Below, piece after piece: positions 47,295-56,268 of a DNA stretch of 64,000 bases (positions within the stretch are counted from its first letter, which is position 1; every line of letters starts with the position of its first letter). The stretch comes from Candidatus Thorarchaeota archaeon. GTDB lineage: Archaea; Asgardarchaeota; Thorarchaeia; Thorarchaeales; Thorarchaeaceae. The translations under genes were made by a program, and so were the position numbers. The notes beneath the pieces are model-generated. The model was not told the DNA's origin. It saw only the letters and a list, made by a program, of their open reading frames with translations, and did not search any database. The stretch spans positions 65,275 to 129,274 of the forward strand of contig CAVSBO010000015.1 of NCBI GenBank assembly GCA_963726195.1, written 5' to 3'.

Positions 47295-48380
47295 ATGGCC
47301 ACGAATGCATACGAGCGGCTTGCCGCAGTGCTTGACAAGATACCAAACGGCTTCGTTCATACCGAGTCGGGTGCACATCTCAGATTGCTCAAGTGGATAT
47401 TCGCACCGGATGAGGCCGACTTGGCGAGTCGGATGAAGCTGAAGGGTGAGACGGCAAAGGAGATGGCCGTCCGTCTCAAACTGAATGAGAAGGATCTAAA
47501 GAGTCGCCTTGAGAAGATGGCCGAGAAGGGCTTGATACGTGCATGGACGTCTAGCACTGGTAGACGATATGCTCTGATGCCTTTCGCTGTGGGCGTGTAT
47601 GAAGAGCAGCTTGAACGAATGGACAAGACGTTGGCTCGGCTGGTAGAAGATTACTTTATGGATGCGAGAGGGTCTGGATTGTATGAAGCGGAACCCCCCA
47701 TCTTCAAAGTCATTCCTGTCAATAAGGCAGTGCACTCAGAGCTTGAGATTTACCCATACGAGGTTGCTGAAGAGCTGATCGAGACCTCTAAGGCTTGGGG
47801 CGTCAGGGAATGCATCTGCAAGAAACAACAGGGATTGCTTGGGAAGCCATGCAAGTACCCTTCCACTGTGTGCATCGTGCTATCCCCAAAGAAGGAGAAT
47901 GTGTTCGAAGAAGACCATCTAACGAAGGCCGTCACGAAGGAAGAGGCGCTAGTGATTCTGCACAAGGCGGAAGAGGCAGGACTTGTCCACTGCTCACAGA
48001 ACATGCAGAAGGGGCATTTCTACATCTGTAACTGCTGCACATGCTGTTGCGCCATTCTGAGAGCCGTTGCACACTGGGAGATGCCGTACGCACTGGTCAA
48101 GTCAGACTACGTGGCCACTGTTGATTCGGACATGTGCGCTGGCTGTGGTACCTGCGAGGATCGGTGTCAGTTCGGCGCGCTGAAAGTTGTTGATGATATT
48201 AGTCGTGTGGACGCCACACGTTGCATCGGGTGTGGCGTGTGCTCGATTACCTGCCCCCAAGGTGCTCTAACCCTTACGATGAGAGACCCTGCCAAACGCA
48301 AGGTCCCGCCTGAAACACTCATGGACTGGATGGTCGAGAAGGCCAAATCAAGAGGAGTCAACCCAGCTGATTTGCTATGA
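47295..48380 (+). CDS. 4Fe-4S cluster-binding protein (ferredoxin-type dicluster domain plus extra Cys motifs)
   Basis: CAGCGTCEDRC and CIGCGVCSITCP are classic CxxCxxCxxxCP motifs. CICKKQQ...CKYPSTVC and CNCCTCCC are upstream. Confidence 0.7.
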   Translation: MATNAYERLAAVLDKIPNGFVHTESGAHLRLLKWIFAPDEADLASRMKLKGETAKEMAVRLKLNEKDLKSRLEKMAEKGLIRAWTSSTGRRYALMPFAVGVYEEQLERMDKTLARLVEDYFMDARGSGLYEAEPPIFKVIPVNKAVHSELEIYPYEVAEELIETSKAWGVRECICKKQQGLLGKPCKYPSTVCIVLSPKKENVFEEDHLTKAVTKEEALVILHKAEEAGLVHCSQNMQKGHFYICNCCTCCCAILRAVAHWEMPYALVKSDYVATVDSDMCAGCGTCEDRCQFGALKVVDDISRVDATRCIGCGVCSITCPQGALTLTMRDPAKRKVPPETLMDWMVEKAKSRGVNPADLL

Positions 48381-48484
48381 GCCGGTCACACCTCCTCTCA
48401 TCACATTTCTCCATATGGTTTATGAGCCGTAACGACAAGTGCGCGTAATAGAAGACACCTGCAAAGGAGTTTCAAGAGTGGGCC

Positions 48485-49312
48485 ATGACGCGACAACGCG
48501 CGAGAAAGTATGTTCCGCATTTGGCAAGATTTAGTTTCAAGCCCACTTATGACTGGACAGTCGAAGAAGCAAGTGAGCTCTACGCAGCGACAAGGCCTCC
48601 TTCATCCAATACACAGCTCGACCATGTGTTCTTTGAGGACTGTGTGAGCGGCATGGCGCGACTTCCTGGCGAATGCATTGACCTAGTCGTTGCAGATCCT
48701 CCATTCGGAATCGATTTCGATGGGAAGAGCACCGCTTACAATCGAGATAGTGACTATGTTCTCGGGGGCTATGAAGAGATTCAAGGCTCATACGATGACT
48801 TCACTCGTAGGTGGATGCACGAACTGCCAAGGATTCTGAAACCCGACGGGTCTGCTTACATATTCAGTGGCTGGACCAACCTTGAGGATGTTCTCAGAAG
48901 CGGCCGAGAAGAGGGTCTTATACTTCTGAATCACATTGTCTGGCATTATCCCTTTGGTGTGTACACAAGAAAGCGGCTTGTGACAAGCCACTATCACATA
49001 CTGCTCTTCGTGAAAGACTCGCATGACTACTTTTTCAATAAGATAGAGCACTATCCTGAAGATGTCTGGCGAATCAAACGCCCGTATCGCATAGCACAAA
49101 CCAAGAATGGCATGCGTCTTCCTCTCAAGGTCGTAGGTAAGTGCATCGACTTCTCATCTATGCCTGGTGATGTCGTTCTCGATCCATTCATGGGAAACGG
49201 AACCACCGCCCTAGCGGCCAAAATGAACTGGAGGCACTTTATTGGCTTCGAAATCAATGAACAGCTAAAATCAATCATGGAGAAGGAGTCTCCAGGACGC
49301 GAAAGCGGGTGA
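48485..49312 (+). CDS. Beta-class DNA methyltransferase (N6-adenine or N4-cytosine)
   Basis: Motif IV (DLVVADPPFGIDF) precedes motif I (VVLDPFMGNGTTALAA) near the C-terminus. This is the beta-class permutation. Confidence 0.8.
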   Translation: MTRQRARKYVPHLARFSFKPTYDWTVEEASELYAATRPPSSNTQLDHVFFEDCVSGMARLPGECIDLVVADPPFGIDFDGKSTAYNRDSDYVLGGYEEIQGSYDDFTRRWMHELPRILKPDGSAYIFSGWTNLEDVLRSGREEGLILLNHIVWHYPFGVYTRKRLVTSHYHILLFVKDSHDYFFNKIEHYPEDVWRIKRPYRIAQTKNGMRLPLKVVGKCIDFSSMPGDVVLDPFMGNGTTALAAKMNWRHFIGFEINEQLKSIMEKESPGRESG

Positions 49313-49476
49313 GGAATATCGGCCGTACAGCGAGAGACTGCCTACGCCGGAGGAATTGGCCAAACTGTATCCCAATGCCCATAAGCAGTTCCTCAGGGAT
49401 TCCAATGGTGATGAGCAATCATCAACACGTTCCGTTGATTGACACCCTGGCAGGATTTCCTTTGCCCGTTTCCTAG

Positions 49477-50927
49477 GTGGCAACAAGCATGGACGAGTAC
49501 GAGCGATTGTTGCACGAAGGCACAGAGCAAGACCGGCTTATTGATTCAGTGGGCAATCGGGATGTGTTTGACAGGGAATCTGGGGCGGAACTGGCCAGTT
49601 GGGAGCTCCGGCTTCACAGGGAGTTTCGCGAGAGAATAGGCAGTAGGACATACAGATTCAGGGGGTTCGTCCATCATACTCGTGAACTCTCTCTCATCAT
49701 GCTCACACCGAGTCCTTGGCTACTAGGCGGCGTGTTCGTGCATCTCCACGAAGGGCAGGAGATGCCGCCCGAAGGAGCATTCGTTGAGGTTACCGGCCCC
49801 ACAATCGCGGCACCCACTCTTCTTCAGCGTTCCCAGACCCTTGTCAGGGCGATTGCGGCCGAGAGCCTGAGCGTCCTGTCTCCCGAGACGCCCCCCGGAG
49901 TCTCTCCTCCTCTCACTCTAAAGGACCTCTCCGAGATGCTGTTTGAGCATGTCGGAATAGCGGAGGCCAGCAAGGGAGCGTTTGCTCGACTGTTCGTCTC
50001 AAGTCCTCCGTACAAAGAAGCTGTGGGTGGTCTCACTATGGGGATTCTAGCTCTTGCTGCAGAATCTGAAGTGAAGAGGCTGCTCAATTTCGTCCGAAGG
50101 GTGCTTCCCCCAACGTTCAGGACTAGGTACAAGTCATATCGGTCCATAGACGGCATAGATGTCACATTGCCCAAGCTATGGCGGTTAGAAACTGGCCAGA
50201 CATCTGAGCCAAGAATGGAATCGATATGCGTGAAGCGAGTTGATCCTCTTGGCTACAGAGAATGTCCCTTGGAGCTCTGACGGATTCAAAGACTGCTGTT
50301 TTCCCTGATGTTCCTCTTGCAATTGCCTCAGGAGACTTCTGGGTGGAGGAGAAGGACGCTTCCCAATTGATGCTCCCGGTCCTCAAGGCCGCTATTACTT
50401 ATCAGCTCCTTACTCCAATTGTCAGTGAACGGTCCATCGACTCAGCAACAAAGCATATCGTTTCCCGTCTGGAGTCGCTGAGGGATAGCTACGACCTTGG
50501 TGATTCGGCTCTGGCCAGAGGAGGGCTTCTTGATGCTGACTCCATGGGCAGGCCACTCAGCACCCTCAGGCTCGCACAGTCTACTGCACGTGCAGAATGG
50601 AATGATACGGTCAATAGTGGCGAACTGAAGCACTCTTGGGATCAGATACTGGAACCGGCCCTCAGAGAGTTCATTGAGACCAGCGAGCTGAAAAGTGAGA
50701 GAGAACAAGAAGGGGGTCCCGGAACCAAACTGGGCAAGTTCGACACCAAGATTCTTAGAGTCTTGAAGGCGTTGGACGATGGTGTCCGTGGCTCTCTGGG
50801 ACCGACTCTTGAGCTGATTGCCGGAGAAGCGAGTCTGGAGCGACATATCGCTGCCGAAAGCCTGACGAAATTGAAAGATGCGGGGGTCATCTACGAGCCC
50901 CGTGCCGGCCACTACAGACTAGTGTGA
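49477..50927 (+). CDS. Hypothetical protein, possibly MCM-derived and ATPase-inactive, with C-terminal winged helix; two ORFs probably joined by a frameshift near 50262-50280
   Basis: The C-terminus LTKLKDAGVIYEPRAGHYRLV resembles the MCM winged helix. SMGRPLSTLRLAQSTARAEW resembles the MCM lid R-x-L-E-x-x-x-R-L-x-E-A-x-A. ILALAAESEVKRLLNFV sits where Walker A would be but lacks GxxGxGKS. These are by-eye resemblances only. Confidence 0.3.
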
Positions 50928-50957
50928 TGGCGTTCTGGCAACTCATTGTCACTATGT

Positions 50958-51575
50958 TCAACGCAGCAGTTTCTTGATGCTGTCTGGTTCCTCGCCCTCG
51001 TCGACGAGTATGATTCTCTGGGCTCCTACTCGTTCTGCATCGTACTTGCGTGCGATGATTGTTGCGTCGAACTTCTCACGTGCACTTGCCTTTTTGCCAC
51101 GCCAGATGTAGATGTTGTCCCAAGTGTCCAAGAGGAACACGTACTCGCTCTTGAGCGAATCACGCGCCCATGGCACTTCTGTAAAGAAAGTCTGTCCCTT
51201 GACATTAGATACTCGCCACATCTTGTATTCATGTTTCTGAAGCTGGACCTTTCTCAGAATACCGGCTGTGTCTTCGTCTGTAAGCTGGAAGCTCTTGAAA
51301 AGTGCTTTGAACGCTGGAGGCTCATCTCCACCGTCAATACGGACCAGCTGGGCTTGGCCCTTGCGTGCTGTGTCCCTGAAGACCGCCTCGGCAGCGGCTA
51401 GGAACTGCTCATCCGCTGTCGACTTGGGACCAATCCACATGTACACCGTGAGGCCCCCATCGACAAGGTAGCAGTCTCCCTGTCCGAATTTGCCGGGGTC
51501 CGGCACCTTGACAAGCTTGCCCTGCTGGATGTGATACACAGTGACTTCGGGCATGATGGTTAAAGATGCAAACAT
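50958..51575 (-). CDS. Two-domain gelsolin/cofilin-fold actin-binding protein (Asgard 2DGel-like)
   Basis: Domain 1 reads VYHIQQGKLVKVPDPGKFGQGDCYLVDGGLTVYMWIGPKSTADEQFLAAAEAVF...LVRIDGGDEPPAFKALFKS. Domain 2 reads MWRVSNVKGQTFFTEVPWARDSLKSEYVFLLDTWDNIYIWRGKKASAREKFDATIIA...RIILVDEGEEPDSIKKLL. Both follow the gelsolin-repeat pattern (VWRVE...GDAYVIL...HYWLG...ES..F...F). Confidence 0.85.
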   Translation of the reverse strand: MFASLTIMPEVTVYHIQQGKLVKVPDPGKFGQGDCYLVDGGLTVYMWIGPKSTADEQFLAAAEAVFRDTARKGQAQLVRIDGGDEPPAFKALFKSFQLTDEDTAGILRKVQLQKHEYKMWRVSNVKGQTFFTEVPWARDSLKSEYVFLLDTWDNIYIWRGKKASAREKFDATIIARKYDAERVGAQRIILVDEGEEPDSIKKLLR

Positions 51576-51646
51576 CGTAGTTAAGTCATGTTCCTATAGA
51601 CCACACTATTGCCCAAACGAATTGGGCTCTACATACGGTGACTCCT

Positions 51647-52453
51647 ATGCCCGAGCTGCCAGAGCTAGAGGTAATTGCGGAGAGATTGAGAGAGGTTCTT
51701 GCCGGTGAAGCAATCGACGACATCGCAGTCCATAATCATCTTGTAATTCACGGAGGTACTGCAGATCAATTCATAGCGAAAGCGAAGGGGAAGTCGTTTC
51801 TTGCTTTCGGCGCGGACGGGAAGTTTCTCATCATGAGCCTAAGCGACTCGCTTGAGATTGTGATTAATCCAATGCTGACAGGCCGGTTCAGGATTTCCGA
51901 GAAGGAGAGGTCGGCCTCAAAGTCCGATATCTTCTCAATTCGGACATGCAAGCGTATCCTGTGGTACGCTGATCAGAAATCGATGAGTCGAGTCTACATT
52001 GTAACAGCGAGAGAAGAAAGCAAAGTGGCCGGGTTCGAAGGCAGAGGTCCGTCCGCCCTTGATCCTGGCCTCACCCTAGAAATCTTTAGAACACGTGTTC
52101 CAAGATTCCAAGGTCAGATCAAGAATGTGTTGGAAAACCAGCGGTTCATCAAGGGAATTGGTAATGCATATGCTGACGAGATTCTGCTGTATGCGGGAAT
52201 ACTGCCTTTTCGAAAGCGGAGTTCCTTGGACAGCGAAGAGATTGAGCGGCTGTATAACGCCATGAGAGGTGTGCTTGGCCGCTACCGCGAAATGCTATCG
52301 CACCGCAGTCTTGAGGACTTGGGACCAGAGAAACGCGATTTCCTGATGATTCACAACAAAAAGGGAGGGATGTGCCCGCTCTGCGGCGGCCGCATATCCG
52401 AGGTAAGCGCGAACCGATTCAAGACCAACTACTGCCAGACATGCCAGAAGTGA
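51647..52453 (+). CDS. Formamidopyrimidine-DNA glycosylase / endonuclease VIII family (Fpg/Nei)
   Basis: MPELPELEVIAERL gives the catalytic N-terminal Pro after Met removal. The H2TH region is IKNVLENQRFIKGIGNAYADEIL. The C-terminal zinc finger is CPLCGGRI...CQTCQ. Confidence 0.8.
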   Translation: MPELPELEVIAERLREVLAGEAIDDIAVHNHLVIHGGTADQFIAKAKGKSFLAFGADGKFLIMSLSDSLEIVINPMLTGRFRISEKERSASKSDIFSIRTCKRILWYADQKSMSRVYIVTAREESKVAGFEGRGPSALDPGLTLEIFRTRVPRFQGQIKNVLENQRFIKGIGNAYADEILLYAGILPFRKRSSLDSEEIERLYNAMRGVLGRYREMLSHRSLEDLGPEKRDFLMIHNKKGGMCPLCGGRISEVSANRFKTNYCQTCQK

Positions 52454-52521
52454 GATTAAGGCGATACGCTAATGAATAGGCTATGCTGCCGTTGGTCAGC
52501 AGTTAGGAGATCTGTGATTCG

Positions 52522-53703
52522 ATGGACAAGTGGGAAGAGAGCTTCCTCAGAGAAATTGTCGAACTGGATACAAATAGCGAGCAGAAGAAGAACTATGTTG
52601 AGTGCGCCAAGGTCATAGCCAAGTACTGCGAAGAGGCAGGGCTCCGCGTAGAGGTGTTTGACGGAAAGCCGGGGGGCGTACCACAGCCGAACGTGGTTGC
52701 GTCTCTCAATGCAGGAGCTAAACAGACAATCCTTCTCTGTGTCCATTATGATGTAGTGCCTGCCGGAGACGTTGCCGCTTGGAAGAAACCTCCTTTCAAA
52801 CTGACTGTTGAAGGTGACAAGGTCTACGGCCGGGGCGCGACGGATAACAAGGGAAACATCGTGGCGGCGGTGAGTGCCGCAAGAGAACTCATCAAGAAGC
52901 GCAGCTCCAAAGTAAACTGGAAGATACTGATTTCTCCAAACGAGGAGATTGGTGGTGAGTGGGGAATCGAGTACTTGATGAATGGCCCGCCGAAGATTAG
53001 GGGCGACTTCGCGGTGGTTGTCGATTCTGGTCCCGCTTACGTTAGCATTGGAGCAAGCGGAATCGTCGCAGGCAAGATAACGGTTCACGGAACGCAAGGG
53101 CACGCTGGCTACCCCTTCGCCTTCAATAATGCAATCCACCTGTCTCTCCCACTCCTCAATGTCTTGCTCGACTACATCGATGTTCGCGGAAAGGTCGAGT
53201 CAAAGCTGCCCGCACCGCCGGGTAGCCCGCACACGAATCTCTGGGGGCGATTCTCTCTCACCGTTTACAATGCAGGCACGAAGACTAACATCATCCCCGG
53301 CAAGGCTGAGATATCTTTCGACTGCAGGCTAGTTCCCGAAGAGAAACCTGATGATGTTGCAAAGGACTTCGAGCGGTTCTTCGAGAGAGCAAAGGAAGAG
53401 ACCTGTGTTGACGCGTCCTTGGAGTTCATTACCAAGGCTAGTGGATGGGGCTCAGATCCCAACAACAAATACATGAAATCTTGGGCTGCCGCGGTGAGAG
53501 ATGCAATTGGTGAGGAGATTCCGATGGCAGCAGATCTAGGCGGGAATGATGGCCATTACTTCACTTCGGTTGGCATTCCGACGGCATGCTTTGGCACAAT
53601 CGCCGACGACACCCACTTTCATGGTATCGACGAGTTCATGCGTCTTGCGGATTACGAGAAGGTCAAGAAAGCACTGATCTGTTTCGCTGAGAAGTGGAAG
53701 TGA
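52522..53703 (+). CDS. M20-family metallopeptidase (ArgE/DapE/ACY1-type deacylase)
   Basis: LLCVHYDVVPAGDVAAWKKPPF...GDKVYGRGATDNKGNI...SPNEEIGG are present. Confidence 0.8.
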   Translation: MDKWEESFLREIVELDTNSEQKKNYVECAKVIAKYCEEAGLRVEVFDGKPGGVPQPNVVASLNAGAKQTILLCVHYDVVPAGDVAAWKKPPFKLTVEGDKVYGRGATDNKGNIVAAVSAARELIKKRSSKVNWKILISPNEEIGGEWGIEYLMNGPPKIRGDFAVVVDSGPAYVSIGASGIVAGKITVHGTQGHAGYPFAFNNAIHLSLPLLNVLLDYIDVRGKVESKLPAPPGSPHTNLWGRFSLTVYNAGTKTNIIPGKAEISFDCRLVPEEKPDDVAKDFERFFERAKEETCVDASLEFITKASGWGSDPNNKYMKSWAAAVRDAIGEEIPMAADLGGNDGHYFTSVGIPTACFGTIADDTHFHGIDEFMRLADYEKVKKALICFAEKWK

Positions 53704-54828
53704 ATGACTGACCTAAGCAATCTCCAGATTGGCACCCCAGGACCGTTTCTACCTCCGTGGGAAAACGCCGCAAAGAACGCTCGTCTGATAGACTCCCTGG
53801 GCTATGACAGCATGGCATTTCCAGATCACTTTGCAGGCTTCGTGCCTGAGAGCATCTGGACCCCTGACGTAACCCCGTTGGCCATGATTCAGCAGTCTCC
53901 TCATACGTACTTCGAAATGAGTACCATAATGGCTGCCTGCGCCGCTGTCACAGAAAGAGTGAAGCTCATTTCATCAGTCACTGAGCCGATAAGACGAAAC
54001 CCTGTACTAATAGCACAGACATTCCTCACGCTTGACCACGTGAGCAACGGCAGGGCCATCATGGGAATTGGTGCGGGAGAAATCGAGAATGTCGAGCCCT
54101 ATGGATTCAGCTACTCAGGCCAAGTGGGAAGACTCAGGGAGGCTCTTGAAATCATTCAGCGAATCTGGTCGACCCAGGAGCCATTTGATTACGATGGCCG
54201 ATTCTACAAGCTCAAGGGTGCCGTGATGTCTCTTCGTCCTGCGGTTCAGGACCACCCCCCTGAGATATGGGTAGCAGCTCATGGTCCAAAGATGCTCAGT
54301 CTTGCCGCTGAGTTTGGTGACGGTTGGATACCCACGGTTCTTCGCCCAATTGATTATGGTCAAAGTCTAAAGAAGATTCAAACCGAAAGAAAGAAGCTCG
54401 GCAAGACGGGTCCATTCACTCCTGCTCTGTGGAACTGGTGCATCCTCGATGACGATGAGTCTGAGTGCGAGCGACTGATGCATACTCCTCTTGCCAAGGC
54501 ATTCGCACTGCTCTATCCTGCAAGTGAGTGGAGAAGATTAGGGCATAGACACCCGTTTGGGAAGGACTTCTATTCACTTAGGGACTACATACCAATGCGC
54601 TACGAACGAGAGGAAACTCTGAAAGCAATCGAGGAAGTACCCGATGCTGTCCTTCATGAGTTCTACATGTGTGGGAGCTCTGACAGCATGATTGAGAAGC
54701 TAGAGGAATATGTCAGACAGGGACTTCAGCACATCATTATTTGGAATAGCACAGGTATGTTTGACCTTGACAAGACTCGGTCCTCATACAAGGTAATGAA
54801 AGAGGTTCTCGCCTACGTCAAGGGATAG
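53704..54828 (+). CDS. Luciferase-like (LLM-class) flavin/F420-dependent oxidoreductase
   Basis: The TIM-barrel LLM motifs are FPDHF...LDHVSNGRAIMGIGAGE...WVAAHGPKMLSLAAEFGDGWIP. Confidence 0.75.
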   Translation: MTDLSNLQIGTPGPFLPPWENAAKNARLIDSLGYDSMAFPDHFAGFVPESIWTPDVTPLAMIQQSPHTYFEMSTIMAACAAVTERVKLISSVTEPIRRNPVLIAQTFLTLDHVSNGRAIMGIGAGEIENVEPYGFSYSGQVGRLREALEIIQRIWSTQEPFDYDGRFYKLKGAVMSLRPAVQDHPPEIWVAAHGPKMLSLAAEFGDGWIPTVLRPIDYGQSLKKIQTERKKLGKTGPFTPALWNWCILDDDESECERLMHTPLAKAFALLYPASEWRRLGHRHPFGKDFYSLRDYIPMRYEREETLKAIEEVPDAVLHEFYMCGSSDSMIEKLEEYVRQGLQHIIIWNSTGMFDLDKTRSSYKVMKEVLAYVKG

Positions 54829-54829
54829 T

Positions 54830-55378
54830 ATCATCCTAGTCACGAGGAACCCGAACAAGCTGCTTGAGATACAGCCGCTCTTCGAGAAACGAGGAATCAG
54901 GATTGAGGCCTCCCCGGTTGACAAAACAGAGGTCAAGTCAGACGACGTCGTCGTGGTCGCACGCGAGGCTGCGAAGGAGGCCTATCGTGCCCTTAGGCGT
55001 CGCGTTGTTGTTGATGATACCGGTCTGTACATATCAGCATTGAACGGTTTTCCGGGGGCCTATGCGGCATTTGTGCAAAAAACAATCGGCAACTCGGGCA
55101 TTCTTAGGCTCATGGAGGGAATCACCGACAGGACTGCCAACTTCATAACAGCCGCGGCCTATGCAGATGGCAGAAACACCGAAGCGTTCGTAGGTGAAAT
55201 GCCTGGGCGTATCGCACTTGCTCCTTCAGGTGAGGAGGGTTTCGGGTATGATCCCATTTTCATTTGTGATGGCGAGACACGGACATATGCTGAGATGAAT
55301 ATCTCACAGAAGATTGCGGTGTCACACCGGACCAAAGCATTCACTTCATTCCTCGACTGGTATGAGCAGCTTCGCTAA
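54830..55378 (+). CDS. Non-canonical purine NTP pyrophosphatase (RdgB/HAM1/ITPase family); no canonical start codon before the conserved N-terminus
   Basis: The frame is open from just after the LLM stop and reads IILVTRNPNKLLEIQPLFEKRGIRIEA...VDDTGLYISALNGFPGAYAAF...GFGYDPIF...KIAVSHRTKAF. The track ORF starts only at GTG 54953, which would remove the conserved T-x-N-x-x-K motif. Confidence 0.7.
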   Translation: MILVTRNPNKLLEIQPLFEKRGIRIEASPVDKTEVKSDDVVVVAREAAKEAYRALRRRVVVDDTGLYISALNGFPGAYAAFVQKTIGNSGILRLMEGITDRTANFITAAAYADGRNTEAFVGEMPGRIALAPSGEEGFGYDPIFICDGETRTYAEMNISQKIAVSHRTKAFTSFLDWYEQLR

Positions 55379-55417
55379 CAATGCTTAAGACAGGGCTCAA
55401 TAGTAACGTCTCTTTCG

Positions 55418-56194
55418 GTGCACCTATTGTCTACTAGCGAGAAGACAGTGAGGGCTCTGAAAGACTTGGGTCTCACCGAGTATGAGACCGCTTCTTACTT
55501 GGTTCTCGTTGAAAAAGGTCCTATGTCAGCCTCAGAGATTAGCGCGAAGTCCCGTGTGCCTTACTCACGCATATACGATGTTCTGACCAGACTGGAGGAA
55601 AAGGGCTTTGTGCAGGTACGTCGAGCGCGTCCTACCGTTTATTTTGCAAAAGCACCCACCGAGGTAGTGCGTCTCGTTCGGCTGGCATGGGAAGACAAAA
55701 TTGACAAATCGAGCAAGGTAGTGGTCGGGGAACTTCAGCCGCGATTCGAGCGAGAGGTCCAAGCGACAACTAGGGATGTGTGGGTGATGCATGGCAAAGC
55801 GTCTATTCTGGCGAAGGCCATCGAGATGCTCACGTCTGCGAGGGAAGAGGTCAAGCTCTCAATCCCTAACCTTGATGCAGATCTTGGCGACATCGCTTCA
55901 CTCGCTGACAAAGTCCTTCAGGTCAAAGCGGAGAGAGTGTACATCTTGACTTCTCGAGTTTCGGACTCACTCAGAAACCTGATCCCAGACAACTTTGAGA
56001 TTCGAATCCGACACGTATTCGGGGCCGGTCTGGTTGTCGATGGGCGCGAGACTCTGATAATGCTTGCAGGTGCAACCGAGGAACTGGACTCTGAATTCGT
56101 TGGTGTATACTCGAGTCATGCTGTCTTCGCTGCTATGGGCGGGGCATACTTCGACAGTCTTTATGCTTCCTCTCAGCCGTTCAAGACACATTAG
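55418..56194 (+). CDS. TrmB-family transcriptional regulator
   Basis: LKDLGLTEYETASYLVLVEKGPMSASEISAKSRVPYSRIYDVLTRLEEKGFV is the TrmB wHTH. A C-terminal effector-like domain follows. Confidence 0.75.
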   Translation: MHLLSTSEKTVRALKDLGLTEYETASYLVLVEKGPMSASEISAKSRVPYSRIYDVLTRLEEKGFVQVRRARPTVYFAKAPTEVVRLVRLAWEDKIDKSSKVVVGELQPRFEREVQATTRDVWVMHGKASILAKAIEMLTSAREEVKLSIPNLDADLGDIASLADKVLQVKAERVYILTSRVSDSLRNLIPDNFEIRIRHVFGAGLVVDGRETLIMLAGATEELDSEFVGVYSSHAVFAAMGGAYFDSLYASSQPFKTH

Positions 56195-56268
56195 TCGTTT
56201 AAATCAAGGTCATAGCACTATGAATCGGTGCAAAGCGAGCGGCAGCGCGGGTTGCCAAGAGGGAATTA

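Noticed and set aside
48485-50927. A classical type II restriction-modification pair, with the methyltransferase plus the downstream ORFs acting as the endonuclease.
   Set aside because: I could find no PD-(D/E)xK, HNH or GIY-YIG-like catalytic motif in the downstream ORFs, and their C-terminus looks like a winged helix. It is reported instead as an open question.
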